Shown here: positions 1-9,465 of the stretch, piece by piece
Layout: each line of letters starts with the position of its first letter
Position numbering within the stretch: position 1 is the first letter of the stretch
Source of the DNA: an uncultured Acidobacteriota bacterium
GTDB lineage: Bacteria; Acidobacteriota; Thermoanaerobaculia; UBA5066
Assembly: GCA_963779415.1 (NCBI GenBank)
Contig: CAVZYA010000001.1
Location: 960,001 to 1,024,000, forward strand
Length of the DNA stretch: 64,000 nucleotides
Reading direction: 5' to 3'
The notes under the pieces: generated by a model
Seen by the model: the letters and a program-made list of their open reading frames with translations, nothing else
Told to the model about the DNA's origin: nothing
Databases searched by the model: none
Made by a program: the position numbers and the translations under genes

Positions 1-1360
1 GAAGCAGCTTCTTCAGCTTCCCGTCGGCGAAGAAGGCGATCCACTCTCCGTCCGGCGAGAAGAACGGGTTGCTCGCCCCCTCGCTTCCGGAGATGACCGC
101 GCCGTGAAGCTCCTCGAGCGACCGGAGCACGAGGTGAGAAATGCCGGTCTTTTCGTCGAGGGCCTGCATGACGAGCCAGCGGCCGTCCGCCGAGAGGGCC
201 ATGTCGGCCACGTCGTCCAGGACGAGCCGCGACCCCTCCGGCAGGGGCACCGTGAAGCGCGTGATCCCCTTCGGCGCGATCTTCGGGGCACGAGCGCGCA
301 GCGCGAGCGCCCCCGTCGCGGCCGCGAATGCGGCCGCAATCGCCCAGGAGAGATAGAGAGACTTTCTGCTCCCTCGCGTTCGACTCGCAGAAGCGTCGCG
401 ACCTACAGTGGAACTTGGCGAGGCGGTCTTTTCTTCGAAGGGTAATGGGCCGGAGGAGCTCGCCGACGCGCCGAGCTCTTCCTCGAGGGCGATCCGCGCG
501 TCCCCGATGTCGCGCAGGCGCTGCTTCACGTCACGCTGAAGGCACCGGTGCAGCAGCTCTCTCACCTTAGAAGAAACCGGCGCGCGAAGCGCGCTCCAGT
601 CCGGCTCCTTCGTCAGCAACGCGGCCAGCGTGTCGCTGACGGTCTCCCCTTCGAAGGCCCGCTTCCCCGTCAGCATCTCGTAGAGGACGCAGCCGAAAGC
701 CCAGACGTCCGTCCGCTTGTCGAGCGGCTTGCCGCGCGCCTGCTCGGGGCTCATGTACGCGGCCGTCCCGAGGATCACCCCCGCCGCCGTGGCGCGAGCC
801 GTGAGCGTCGGCGACTTCGTCTGCCCCCCGCCGCTTCCGCTCTTCTCGTTCGACGAATCGCCTTCGAAGATCTTCGCGAGGCCGAAGTCGAGGAGCTTCA
901 CCCGCCCGTCGGGCGTGACCTTGACGTTCGCCGGTTTCAGGTCCCGATGGACGATCCCCTTCTCGTGCGCCGCTTCCAGCGCCTCGGCGATCTGCTTCGC
1001 GTATGCGAGTGATTCGTCCAGCGGAAGCGGGCCCGGGACGAGTCGCTGCCCGAGGTCTTCTCCCTCGACGAGCTCCATGACGAGAAGGTGGCGGGAGGAA
1101 GAAGACGAGGACCCGGGGATTTCTTCGAAGGAGTAGAGGGTGGCGATCCCCGGATGGTTCAGGCTCGCCAACATGCGAGCCTCTCGCTCGAACCTCTGCC
1201 TTCTCTCTTCACTTTCGAAGAATTCTTCCGGCAGGACTTTCAGCGCAACGTCTCTACCGAGCCGCGTGTCCTTCGCCCGCCAGACCTCCCCCATCCCGCC
1301 CGCACCGAGGGGGCTCTGGATCTCGTACGAGCCGAGGCGGGTGCCGGCGGCGAGCGTCAA
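1..1360 (-). CDS. Receptor-like Ser/Thr protein kinase STK1 (kinase-TM-beta-propeller); 3' end runs off the window
   Basis: Not in the ORF track because it has no stop in the window. Manual translation from TTG at 1360 (GAGGAAG upstream) gives [27 protein letters not shown]...HRDLKPAN...DFGLAK...YMSPEQ, TM LYLSWAIAAAFAAATGALAL, then RFTVPLPEG...NPFFSPDGEWIAFFADGKLKKL. Confidence 0.93.
   Translation of the reverse strand, partial: MTLAAGTRLGSYEIQSPLGAGGMGEVWRAKDTRLGRDVALKVLPEEFFESEERRQRFEREARMLASLNHPGIATLYSFEEIPGSSSSSSRHLLVMELVEGEDLGQRLVPGPLPLDESLAYAKQIAEALEAAHEKGIVHRDLKPANVKVTPDGRVKLLDFGLAKIFEGDSSNEKSGSGGGQTKSPTLTARATAAGVILGTAAYMSPEQARGKPLDKRTDVWAFGCVLYEMLTGKRAFEGETVSDTLAALLTKEPDWSALRAPVSSKVRELLHRCLQRDVKQRLRDIGDARIALEEELGASASSSGPLPFEEKTASPSSTVGRDASASRTRGSRKSLYLSWAIAAAFAAATGALALRARAPKIAPKGITRFTVPLPEGSRLVLDDVADMALSADGRWLVMQALDEKTGISHLVLRSLEELHGAVISGSEGASNPFFSPDGEWIAFFADGKLKKLL
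291..462. repeat. 172-bp direct repeat, copy 1 (linker plus TM of STK1)
   Basis: By eye, identical to 3076..3247 except one C/T difference (gtcgcgacc vs gtcgtgacc). Confidence 0.9.
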
Positions 1361-1370
1361 GCGGTCTTCC

Positions 1371-4139
1371 TCATCGCGTGCACCTCGCGCGGTCGACGCC
1401 GGCAACGCCCTGGGCCGTCATGAGACTCGAGACCTGCTCCCATTCCGCGAGGCAGATCTTCTTCCCGTCGGGCGAGATCGCGAAGGTCTCCGCTACCCAG
1501 TCCGGTTCGAGCCCGGCGAGGGGCCGGCGCGTGGACGCCGTGTCCCGCCCGGGCACGAAATCCTGGGCGAAGATCCCGACGCGCCCCTTCGCGTCGACGG
1601 AGACGAATGCGATCGCCTTGCCGTCGGGCATCCACCGGGCACGGCCCGCGATCTGCTCCACCCGCCGGGTCGTGGCTCCCAGCCGGATCGAGAACGGCAG
1701 GAGCGTTCCATCCGAAATGCGGACGACCTTGACCGCGCTGTCCTCCGTCAGGCGCGCGAACGTGAAGAGCGCGTACTGGCCGTCGGGCGAGACCTCGGGC
1801 CATTCTCCGAGGCCGGAAAAGAGGATCGCCGGCTCGCTGCCGTCGGGCCGGACCTTCCAGATACCGAATTTCTTCCGATCCCCCGAGGCATAGATGACCC
1901 ACTCTCCGCCGGGCGTGGCCGTCGCGTTCTCGGCGTCGACACCGTCGTGCGTGACCTGCCGAGCCCCGCTCCCGTCGGCGTCGGCCATCCAGATCTCGAA
2001 GTTACCGGAGCGGTCCGAGCTGAAGACCAGGTGCTTTCCGTCGGGCGTCAGCGCGGGGTCGTAGTCCACCGAAGGGCTGTCCGTCAGCCGCCGGACGGCG
2101 CCGGTACGCGGCTGGAGACTCCAGACGTCGACGTTTCCGCCGCGAAGGGCCGAATAGACGATCCACTCCCCGTCGGGCGAGTACCGGGGCTGGCGGTTCA
2201 TCCCGAGCCCGCGAGTGAGCCAGACATCCGGCGCCCCGGCGCCAGCGCCCGCCACCTCTCGCAGGTTCACCCGGTTCGAGCTGACGTCGAAGACGAGGTG
2301 TCCGGGGCCCAGCACGTCGACCGCCGAGACGCGGCTCGGACTCTCGAGCACGGGAGACTGCCCTCCCGTCTCGGAGTCCATCCGCTCGATCGTGCAGGCG
2401 GCGGCTTCGAAGAGGCTCAGCACCGGCGAGACCCGCGCGAGCAGGATCTCGCGTCCCGTCCCCATCCAGACGGCCGAGGAGATCTCCGCGGAGCGCCCGG
2501 CCCCGAGGTCGCGCGTCGCGCTTCCGTCGCTCGCCACCAGGACAGGTCCGGCGTAGGCGGCCGCGCCCAGCGAATGCGGAAAGCAGACGATCCATTTCCC
2601 GTCCGGCGACCAGGCGGGCCAGTCGAACGGCACGGTCGTGGACCGGTAGATCTCGCGCGGCTCTCCGCCGTCGGCCGAACCGACCGTGAGCGCCCAGAGC
2701 TGTCGCCCTTCCTCTTTCCCTTCTCGGACCCATGCGAGCCGCCGTCCGTCGCACGACCAGGCGCCGTCGGTCGCGTTGGCGACGAGCCGCCTCGGCTCCC
2801 CTCCGAGGACGCCGACCCGGTAGAGCGAGGAGACCGCGTCTTCGCGCCGGACGAAGAGAAGGGAGGTTCCGTCGGGAGAGAAGCGCGGCCGGTCGTCCGG
2901 TCCCGACGTCAGCGGCCGCTCGTCACCGTCCGGCATCTGCTTGAGCCAGATCCGGTCCCGACCGTCCCGGTCGGAGACGAAGGCGACGAGCTTCCCGTCC
3001 GGCGAGGCGGCGGGAAACCAGTCGTGACCGGAATCGGTCAGCGGCTGCACGACGAGTGGCTGCGGCGCGGGGGCGCGAGCGCGCAGCGCGAGCGCCCCCG
3101 TCGCGGCCGCGAATGCGGCCGCAATCGCCCAGGAGAGATAGAGAGACTTTCTGCTCCCTCGCGTTCGACTCGCAGAAGCGTCGTGACCTACAGTGGAACT
3201 TGGCGAGGCGGTCTTTTCTTCGAAGGGTAATGGGCCGGAGGAGCTCGATGCACCCGCCGCGCTCATTTCCTCCAAGTCGACGCGCGCGTCGCCGATGTCC
3301 CGCAGCCTCAGCTTCGCGTCGCGCCTCAGGCACTTTCGAAGAATCTCTTTGACTTTCTCCGGCGTTTCCGCCGGCAGCGCGCTCCAGTCCGGCTCCTTCG
3401 TCAGCAACGCGGCCAGCGTGTCGCTGACCGTCTCCCCTTCGAAGGCCCTCTTCCCCGTCAGCATCTCGTAGAGGACGCACCCAAAGGCCCAGACGTCGGT
3501 TCGCTTGTCGACGGTCTTCCCCCGGGCCTGCTCCGGCGACATATACGCCGCCGTCCCGAGGATCACCCCCGCCGCCGTCGCGCGGGCCGTGAGCGTCGGT
3601 GAGTGTGTGACAGAAGGGGCAGAGCCGGGCCCGCCGTCCCCCTCGAAGATCTTCGCGAGGCCGAAGTCCAGAAGCTTCACCCTTCCATCCGGCGTCACCT
3701 TGACGTTCCCGGGCTTGAGGTCCCGGTGGACGATCCCCTTCTCGTGCGCCGCTTCCAGCGCCTCGGCGATCTGACGGGAAAGAGAAAGATATTCTTCGAG
3801 GGGGATGGGACCGGAGAGCAGCTTCTGAGCAAGATCCTCACCTTCGACGAGCTCCATCACGAGAAGGTGGCGCGAGGAAGAAGACGAGGATCCGGGGATT
3901 TCTTCGAAGGAATGGATGGCCGCGATCCCCGGATGATTGAGGCTCGCGAGCGTGCGTGCTTCGCGCTCGAAGCGGGCGACGCGGTCTTTGTCTTCGAAGA
4001 ATTCTTCCGGCAGCACCTTGATCGCGACGTCTCTCCCGAGCCGCGTGTCCTTCGCCCGCCAGACCTCCCCCATCCCGCCCGCACCGAGGGGGCTCTGGAT
4101 CTCGTACGAGCCGAGGCGGGTGCCCGCGGCGAGGCTCAT
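1371..4139 (-). CDS. Receptor-like Ser/Thr kinase STK2 with TolB/PD40-type propeller
   Basis: ORF 1371..4166, start reassigned to MSLAAGTRLG. Motifs [22 protein letters not shown], a TM helix and many SPDG/WSPDG repeats. Confidence 0.95.
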   Translation of the reverse strand: MSLAAGTRLGSYEIQSPLGAGGMGEVWRAKDTRLGRDVAIKVLPEEFFEDKDRVARFEREARTLASLNHPGIAAIHSFEEIPGSSSSSSRHLLVMELVEGEDLAQKLLSGPIPLEEYLSLSRQIAEALEAAHEKGIVHRDLKPGNVKVTPDGRVKLLDFGLAKIFEGDGGPGSAPSVTHSPTLTARATAAGVILGTAAYMSPEQARGKTVDKRTDVWAFGCVLYEMLTGKRAFEGETVSDTLAALLTKEPDWSALPAETPEKVKEILRKCLRRDAKLRLRDIGDARVDLEEMSAAGASSSSGPLPFEEKTASPSSTVGHDASASRTRGSRKSLYLSWAIAAAFAAATGALALRARAPAPQPLVVQPLTDSGHDWFPAASPDGKLVAFVSDRDGRDRIWLKQMPDGDERPLTSGPDDRPRFSPDGTSLLFVRREDAVSSLYRVGVLGGEPRRLVANATDGAWSCDGRRLAWVREGKEEGRQLWALTVGSADGGEPREIYRSTTVPFDWPAWSPDGKWIVCFPHSLGAAAYAGPVLVASDGSATRDLGAGRSAEISSAVWMGTGREILLARVSPVLSLFEAAACTIERMDSETGGQSPVLESPSRVSAVDVLGPGHLVFDVSSNRVNLREVAGAGAGAPDVWLTRGLGMNRQPRYSPDGEWIVYSALRGGNVDVWSLQPRTGAVRRLTDSPSVDYDPALTPDGKHLVFSSDRSGNFEIWMADADGSGARQVTHDGVDAENATATPGGEWVIYASGDRKKFGIWKVRPDGSEPAILFSGLGEWPEVSPDGQYALFTFARLTEDSAVKVVRISDGTLLPFSIRLGATTRRVEQIAGRARWMPDGKAIAFVSVDAKGRVGIFAQDFVPGRDTASTRRPLAGLEPDWVAETFAISPDGKKICLAEWEQVSSLMTAQGVAGVDRARCTR
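3076..3247. repeat. 172-bp direct repeat, copy 2 (linker plus TM of STK2)
   Basis: Matches 291..462. Confidence 0.9.
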
Positions 4140-4176
4140 CGAATGCACGACATGTTCATGCAACACGATCGGCCGG

Positions 4177-6870
4177 TCACCGGGCCGTCTCCCCGCGCGC
4201 GCGCCGCTCGAGCTCGCCCCGCCAGCCGAAGACCATGTTGATCCGGGTGATCGGGCTCACCGCCTCGGCATTCCGGATGAAGAAGAAATGTCTGCCGTCC
4301 GGCCCGACCTCGTAATACCTGCCGGACTCGTAGCAACCGCATGAGAGGATCCGCTCGGGCAGCCCAGCCGAAAACGCGTGGGCCGTGTCGACCGGCACGC
4401 GCATGAGTCGGTCGCCGTTCAGGTAGAACAGCTCCCGCCCGTCCCGCGACCATTCCGGACGGACGCCCCCATCCGTCGAAATCTGCCACTTTCCTCCGGG
4501 CCCCGGGAAGGGACGGACGTAGATCTCGCTCCGGCCCGATTCATTGGACTCGTAAGCGAGGAAGCGTCCGTCGCGCGAGAATTCCGCGAACCATTCCCGG
4601 AAGGGGGTCCGCTCGAAAGGGGTGGGCTTGCGATCCCCTTCCATCGGGAGAATCAGGATGTCGAAGCCGGTCGTCGGGTCCAGCTCGCCGAACGCCAGGT
4701 AACGGCCGTCGGGAGACCACGACGTGGGGTAGATCCAGTTTCTGCTCGTGAGCAGCTGCTCCTCCGTACCGCTCCCATCGGCGGCTCGCCAGTAGAGGCC
4801 GTAGAGACCGTTGCGGAGGGACGTGTAGACGAGACGCTTGCCGTCGGGCGTCCAGATGGGGTCGCGGTCGTCATTGTCGAACGTCGACCGCGTCAGGGTC
4901 CCCCGATCGCGGTCGAAAATCCAGATATTCCAGGTTGCACCTTCGACGGTCATGGCGAGCCGTCGCCCGTCGGGAGAAAGAGACATGTCCTCGTAGGCGG
5001 AATCTTCTGCCGCGAGCGTCGCGGCCTCACCCTTCAGATCCAGCATGACAACCCGCCTCTTGACGGCCGCGCGGGTTCGAGGCACGTAGGCGAGCAGGCC
5101 GCTTCTCGAGACGGCGAACTGCTCGATCCCGAAGTCGTCGTCGGGCATGACCTTCTCGACGAACGGGACCGGCTCGCCGAGCAGTTTCAAGCCGTCCGGG
5201 TCAAACGGCGCGGCAAGGATCGCTCCCGAGCGGCCAAAGACGAGGAATCCCGGCTCGACGTAGTGGGGATTCGTGCCCTGGGGGACGATCACCTGCGACT
5301 TGCCGGTCCTGAGGTCGAGCGCCTCAATCTGGCCCTGGCTCGCCTGGAAGCCTCGGACGCTCGTGAAGAGCAGAGCCCGCACCATGGGGAGGGCTTCGGG
5401 CTCGAAGATGTCGCCCCGAGCGGGGTCGGCTTTCACGATCTCCGGACACGCTCCACCCGCGACCGACGCCTGCAGCAATCCTCCGGTCGTCGACGGCAGG
5501 AAAATGCTTCCGTCATCGGCCCACGCGGCCCCTGCGTAGTCGGACACCTGAGCGTCGCAGACCGGCAGGGACGGCCCACCCGACACCGCCACCTTCCGGA
5601 CCCTGTTGCCGGCCGTGTACCCCAGCCACTGGCCGTCCGGAGAGAAGAACGGTCTTGCCGCTCCATCTGTCTCCGCGAGAGGCGTTGCCTCAAACGAACC
5701 GATGGAGCGCACGTAGAGCGAGGAGGCCCCGGACTCGTTCTTCGCGACGTAGGCGACCCGGGCGCCGTCTCGCGAGACGGCGAGATTCGGTACACCGTCG
5801 ACTGGAAGCGCTTGTCCTCGTGGGAGGTCGAGGCTCAGGCGAACGACGGAAACCGCGGCCGGCCGGTGCGAAAGCCGTTCGAACCATCCCGCAACGAGTG
5901 CGCCGCCAAGAACGAGTCCGACGAGGCCCGCCGCCGCCGTCCGACGCATTCGAGAGCGCGAATCGGCCGGCCCGATTGCCTTGCCGCCCGACTCGCCGAC
6001 AGCCGCCGGTGAGTCCATCAGGCTGAGGCGCGCGTCGGCAATGTCGTGGACGCGCAGCCGGACGTCCTTTTCCAGGCAGCGCTTGAGGAGGCCACGGATC
6101 CCCGGCGGAGTTGTCGCGGCGAGAATCGACCAATCCGGCTCGGCACGCAAGACCGCCGCGAGCGTGTCGGAGACGGTCTCCCCTTCGAAGGCCCTCTTCC
6201 CCGTCAGCATCTCGTAGAGCACACAACCCCACGCCCAGATGTCCGCCCGCTTGTCGACCGTCTTCCCACGCGCCTGCTCGGGCGACATGTATGCGGCAGT
6301 TCCGAGAATGACGCCGGCGGCCGTGGCACGCGCCGTCAGCGTCGGCGACTGCGTGACGGCCGCCCCCGAACCGGTCGTCGAGCCCCGGTCTCCTTCGAAC
6401 GCCTTCGCAAGGCCGAAGTCGAGCAGCTTGACCTTCCCGTCTTCGGAGACTTTGACGTTCGCCGGCTTCAGGTCCCGGTGGACGATCCCCTTCTCGTGCG
6501 CCGCCTCCAGGGCCTCGGCGATCTGCTTCGCGACAGAAAGAGATTCGTCGAGTGGAAGGGGACCGGGGACCAGCCGCTGCCCGAGGTCTTCTCCCTCGAC
6601 GAGCTCCATGACGAGGAGATGTCGACCGGAGATTTCTTCGAAGGAATAGACGGCCGCAATGCCGGGATGGTTCAGCGTGGCGAGCGTGCGCGCTTCTCTT
6701 TCGAAGCGGAGCCTTCTCTCTTCATCCTCGAAGAACTCTTCCGGCAGCACCTTGATCGCGACGTCCCGCCCGAGCCGCATGTCCTTCGCCCGGTAGACCT
6801 CGCCCATCCCTCCCGCGCCGAGGGGGGAGAGGATCTCGTAGGCGCCGAGGCGAGTGCCGGCGGTGATCAC
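4177..6870 (-). CDS. Receptor-like Ser/Thr kinase STK3
   Basis: 897-aa ORF with HRDLKPAN, DFGLAK, TM AAAGLVGLVLGGALVAGWF and PD40-like repeats. GTG start overlaps the STK4 stop (GTGA). Confidence 0.95.
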   Translation of the reverse strand: MITAGTRLGAYEILSPLGAGGMGEVYRAKDMRLGRDVAIKVLPEEFFEDEERRLRFEREARTLATLNHPGIAAVYSFEEISGRHLLVMELVEGEDLGQRLVPGPLPLDESLSVAKQIAEALEAAHEKGIVHRDLKPANVKVSEDGKVKLLDFGLAKAFEGDRGSTTGSGAAVTQSPTLTARATAAGVILGTAAYMSPEQARGKTVDKRADIWAWGCVLYEMLTGKRAFEGETVSDTLAAVLRAEPDWSILAATTPPGIRGLLKRCLEKDVRLRVHDIADARLSLMDSPAAVGESGGKAIGPADSRSRMRRTAAAGLVGLVLGGALVAGWFERLSHRPAAVSVVRLSLDLPRGQALPVDGVPNLAVSRDGARVAYVAKNESGASSLYVRSIGSFEATPLAETDGAARPFFSPDGQWLGYTAGNRVRKVAVSGGPSLPVCDAQVSDYAGAAWADDGSIFLPSTTGGLLQASVAGGACPEIVKADPARGDIFEPEALPMVRALLFTSVRGFQASQGQIEALDLRTGKSQVIVPQGTNPHYVEPGFLVFGRSGAILAAPFDPDGLKLLGEPVPFVEKVMPDDDFGIEQFAVSRSGLLAYVPRTRAAVKRRVVMLDLKGEAATLAAEDSAYEDMSLSPDGRRLAMTVEGATWNIWIFDRDRGTLTRSTFDNDDRDPIWTPDGKRLVYTSLRNGLYGLYWRAADGSGTEEQLLTSRNWIYPTSWSPDGRYLAFGELDPTTGFDILILPMEGDRKPTPFERTPFREWFAEFSRDGRFLAYESNESGRSEIYVRPFPGPGGKWQISTDGGVRPEWSRDGRELFYLNGDRLMRVPVDTAHAFSAGLPERILSCGCYESGRYYEVGPDGRHFFFIRNAEAVSPITRINMVFGWRGELERRARGETAR

Positions 6871-9464
6871 TTCAGCCCTTCCGCCAGGTAGAGGTCGGAG
6901 AGGACCCGCGCGCAGATGAAGAGAATCGTCTTTCCGTCATCGGAGAGGGCCGCGGGTGAAAGCAGGGTGATGCCTGCCGGGTCGCCTGGCATGAGCTCTC
7001 TCCAGACCTCCCGGCGCCCGGTAGCGACGTCCAGCCGGAAGACTCGCGCGGGGAAGTCCCTCGCATCGGAGCGAAAGAAGAGAAACCGTCCGTCGGCGGT
7101 GAACCGCAGCGGCCTGTCGCCGGGCTTGAGACCCGGAATCGGGCTTGAGGGTCCGCCGTCCAACGATGAAAGGGCGACGCCCTCCGGCGTCGGGGTCACG
7201 AGCGACTTGCCGTCCGCCGAGAGGAGCCTTGCCACGACTCCCTCCGGGGTGACGGGCCTGGCCGCTCCTCCCGCGAGGTCCTGAACGAAGACGCGCGGCG
7301 GCCGCCCCGGTTCGTGGCCGGCGAAGACGATCCGCTTGCCGTCCGGAAGGAAGGCCCCGAACGGCCCGCTGACATGCTCGATCGCGTCCTTCGGAAACGC
7401 CTTCGGCTCTCCGGCTCCGGTCGGCAGCAGCATCATTTGCGAGGGCGTCGAGCGGAGGAGGGCGGTCAGCACCCATTTTCCGTCCGGGGAGAGCGCCATC
7501 GCGGCCCCCTCGCCGAGCCGCACGGGCGCGGAGCCATCCAGCTTGCGCAGGTAGACGGAGTACCCCGGACCGCCGGCGTCACCCTGCTCCGTGAAGACGA
7601 CCGTCTTCCCGTCCGCGGAGAGGATCGGGCCATACGACCACTCGAGTCCCGAGAGGTCCCGCTCCTTCGTCTGTCCGGGGAGGAGGCCGAGGAATCCGAG
7701 CCGCGCATTGCTCTCGACGAACAACACCCTTCCGTCGCGCGAGATATCCTGCAGCGTCATCCCGGAGGGAGTGGTCGCGACCGGGCGCTGGCGTCCCGAA
7801 AGGGTCACGGCGTAGAGCGCGCGGGCGCTCCCGGCTTGTGCCGCCGTGAACCAGATCTCGTCGCCGGAGACCGACCAGGCAATCCCCTGCGCGCTCTCCC
7901 ATCCGGTCGAGAGAGTCTTCTTCGTTCCCGACCGATCCACGATCGCAACGGAGCCGCGGTCGTCCCCGAAGAGGGGGTGGTCGAAAAACGCCACCGCGTC
8001 TCCCTTCGGAGAGATCCGCGGGTAGCTGATCCAGCCGGTCGTCTCGTAGAGCACCTTTCCGACCGGGAACTCCAGCTGGTAACGCCACCGGGGCGCGCGG
8101 ACGACCGCCATCGCGCTGCCGTCCGGAGACCAGTCCGCGTGACCCACGTCCTCGAGAAGCTCGCGCGGCGCGCTCCCGGAAAGGGACGTCTGGGCGAGCG
8201 TGCCGATCCTCGCGTACCCCGTGGAGAAATGGAGAAGGTCGAGGACGAGCATCTCTCCCTTGCTCGAGATGGACTCGACCTGGCCCGGGGGAAGAGCCAG
8301 TCGGAGCGACTCGGGACTCTCGGCCCGCACGGAGTAGAGCTGGGGTTTCTGGGCGCCTTCCCAGGACGCCGCATAGACGATCATCTGTCCGTCCGGAGCG
8401 AATCGGGCCGACCAGACGGGCCCCCGGCCATAGGTGAGCCTCTTGAAGGAGGGAGGAGCCGCCGGCGCCCTCTTCCAGACCACCCGGCCGGCGAAGAGCC
8501 CGGCCGCGATCGCGATCGCGATCGCGACGATGCCTGCAAGTCGAAGCCTTCCGGCGCGCGGGGAGGCCTTGCCCGTAGCGACCGCCGTGGCGCTCGCGCC
8601 CGTTCCCGAGCTTCCGGACAACGCTTCGAGAGCGAAGGCGACGTCGTGCGCCGAGTGGAAGCGCTGCTCGGGATTCTTCTCGATGCAGTGCCGGACGATC
8701 CGCTCGAGCCCGGGCGAGACGCTCTGGTTCGTGAGGGAGAGATCCGGCGGCTCCTCCCGGAGGATCGCCGAGATCGTCTCGGCCGCCGATTCGCCGTGGA
8801 ACGCTCTCCGTCCCGAGAGCATCTCGTAGAGGATGGCGCCGAAGGAGAAGATGTCCGACCGGGCGTCGGCCGCCTTCCCCTTGACCTGCTCGGGCGACAT
8901 GTACCCGAGCGTCCCCATCACGACGCCGGGCTCCGTCCCGGCGGAGGCCGTCGGCAGGTTGGTCGTAGGGCCCGCCACTTCCTGATGCGTCAGCTTCGCG
9001 AGACCGAAGTCGAGGATCTTGAGACGGCCGTCCCGCGTCACGAAGAGGTTCTCCGGCTTCAGATCGCGATGGACGATCCCTTTCTCGTGCGCCGCGGAGA
9101 GCCCATGGGCGATCTGCAACGCGTAGTCGAAAGCCTTTCGATGCGGCAGCTTCCCGCCCGAGAGGGCCGAGCGGAGCGTCTCGCCCTCGAGGAGCTCCTG
9201 GACCACGTAGGGCGCGCCGCCGTGCTGGCCGATGTCGTAGACGGCCGTGATGTTCGGGTGATTCAGGATCCCCGCCGACCGGGCCTCCTGCTCGAAGCGC
9301 CGCAGGCGATCGGCGTCCTGGGAGAGTGAGGCCGGGAGCACCTTGATGGCCACCTCGCGGCCGAGCCGCGGATCCTTCGCCCGGTAGACCTCCCCCATCC
9401 CCCCCGCGCCGATCTGGCCGAGGATTTCGTACGGGCCGAGACGCGTCCCCGGGGCGAGAGTCAC
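6867..9464 (-). CDS. Receptor-like Ser/Thr kinase STK4
   Basis: ORF 6867..9485, start reassigned to GTG at 9464 (MTLAPGTRLG). [34 protein letters not shown], propeller begins PSFKRLTYGRG. Confidence 0.95.
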   Translation of the reverse strand: MTLAPGTRLGPYEILGQIGAGGMGEVYRAKDPRLGREVAIKVLPASLSQDADRLRRFEQEARSAGILNHPNITAVYDIGQHGGAPYVVQELLEGETLRSALSGGKLPHRKAFDYALQIAHGLSAAHEKGIVHRDLKPENLFVTRDGRLKILDFGLAKLTHQEVAGPTTNLPTASAGTEPGVVMGTLGYMSPEQVKGKAADARSDIFSFGAILYEMLSGRRAFHGESAAETISAILREEPPDLSLTNQSVSPGLERIVRHCIEKNPEQRFHSAHDVAFALEALSGSSGTGASATAVATGKASPRAGRLRLAGIVAIAIAIAAGLFAGRVVWKRAPAAPPSFKRLTYGRGPVWSARFAPDGQMIVYAASWEGAQKPQLYSVRAESPESLRLALPPGQVESISSKGEMLVLDLLHFSTGYARIGTLAQTSLSGSAPRELLEDVGHADWSPDGSAMAVVRAPRWRYQLEFPVGKVLYETTGWISYPRISPKGDAVAFFDHPLFGDDRGSVAIVDRSGTKKTLSTGWESAQGIAWSVSGDEIWFTAAQAGSARALYAVTLSGRQRPVATTPSGMTLQDISRDGRVLFVESNARLGFLGLLPGQTKERDLSGLEWSYGPILSADGKTVVFTEQGDAGGPGYSVYLRKLDGSAPVRLGEGAAMALSPDGKWVLTALLRSTPSQMMLLPTGAGEPKAFPKDAIEHVSGPFGAFLPDGKRIVFAGHEPGRPPRVFVQDLAGGAARPVTPEGVVARLLSADGKSLVTPTPEGVALSSLDGGPSSPIPGLKPGDRPLRFTADGRFLFFRSDARDFPARVFRLDVATGRREVWRELMPGDPAGITLLSPAALSDDGKTILFICARVLSDLYLAEGLK

Positions 9465-9465
9465 G

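Noticed and set aside
4140-4176. Imperfect palindrome in the 37-bp STK3-STK2 gap
   Set aside because: Too degenerate to call an operator or recombination site, and not repeated at the other junctions.
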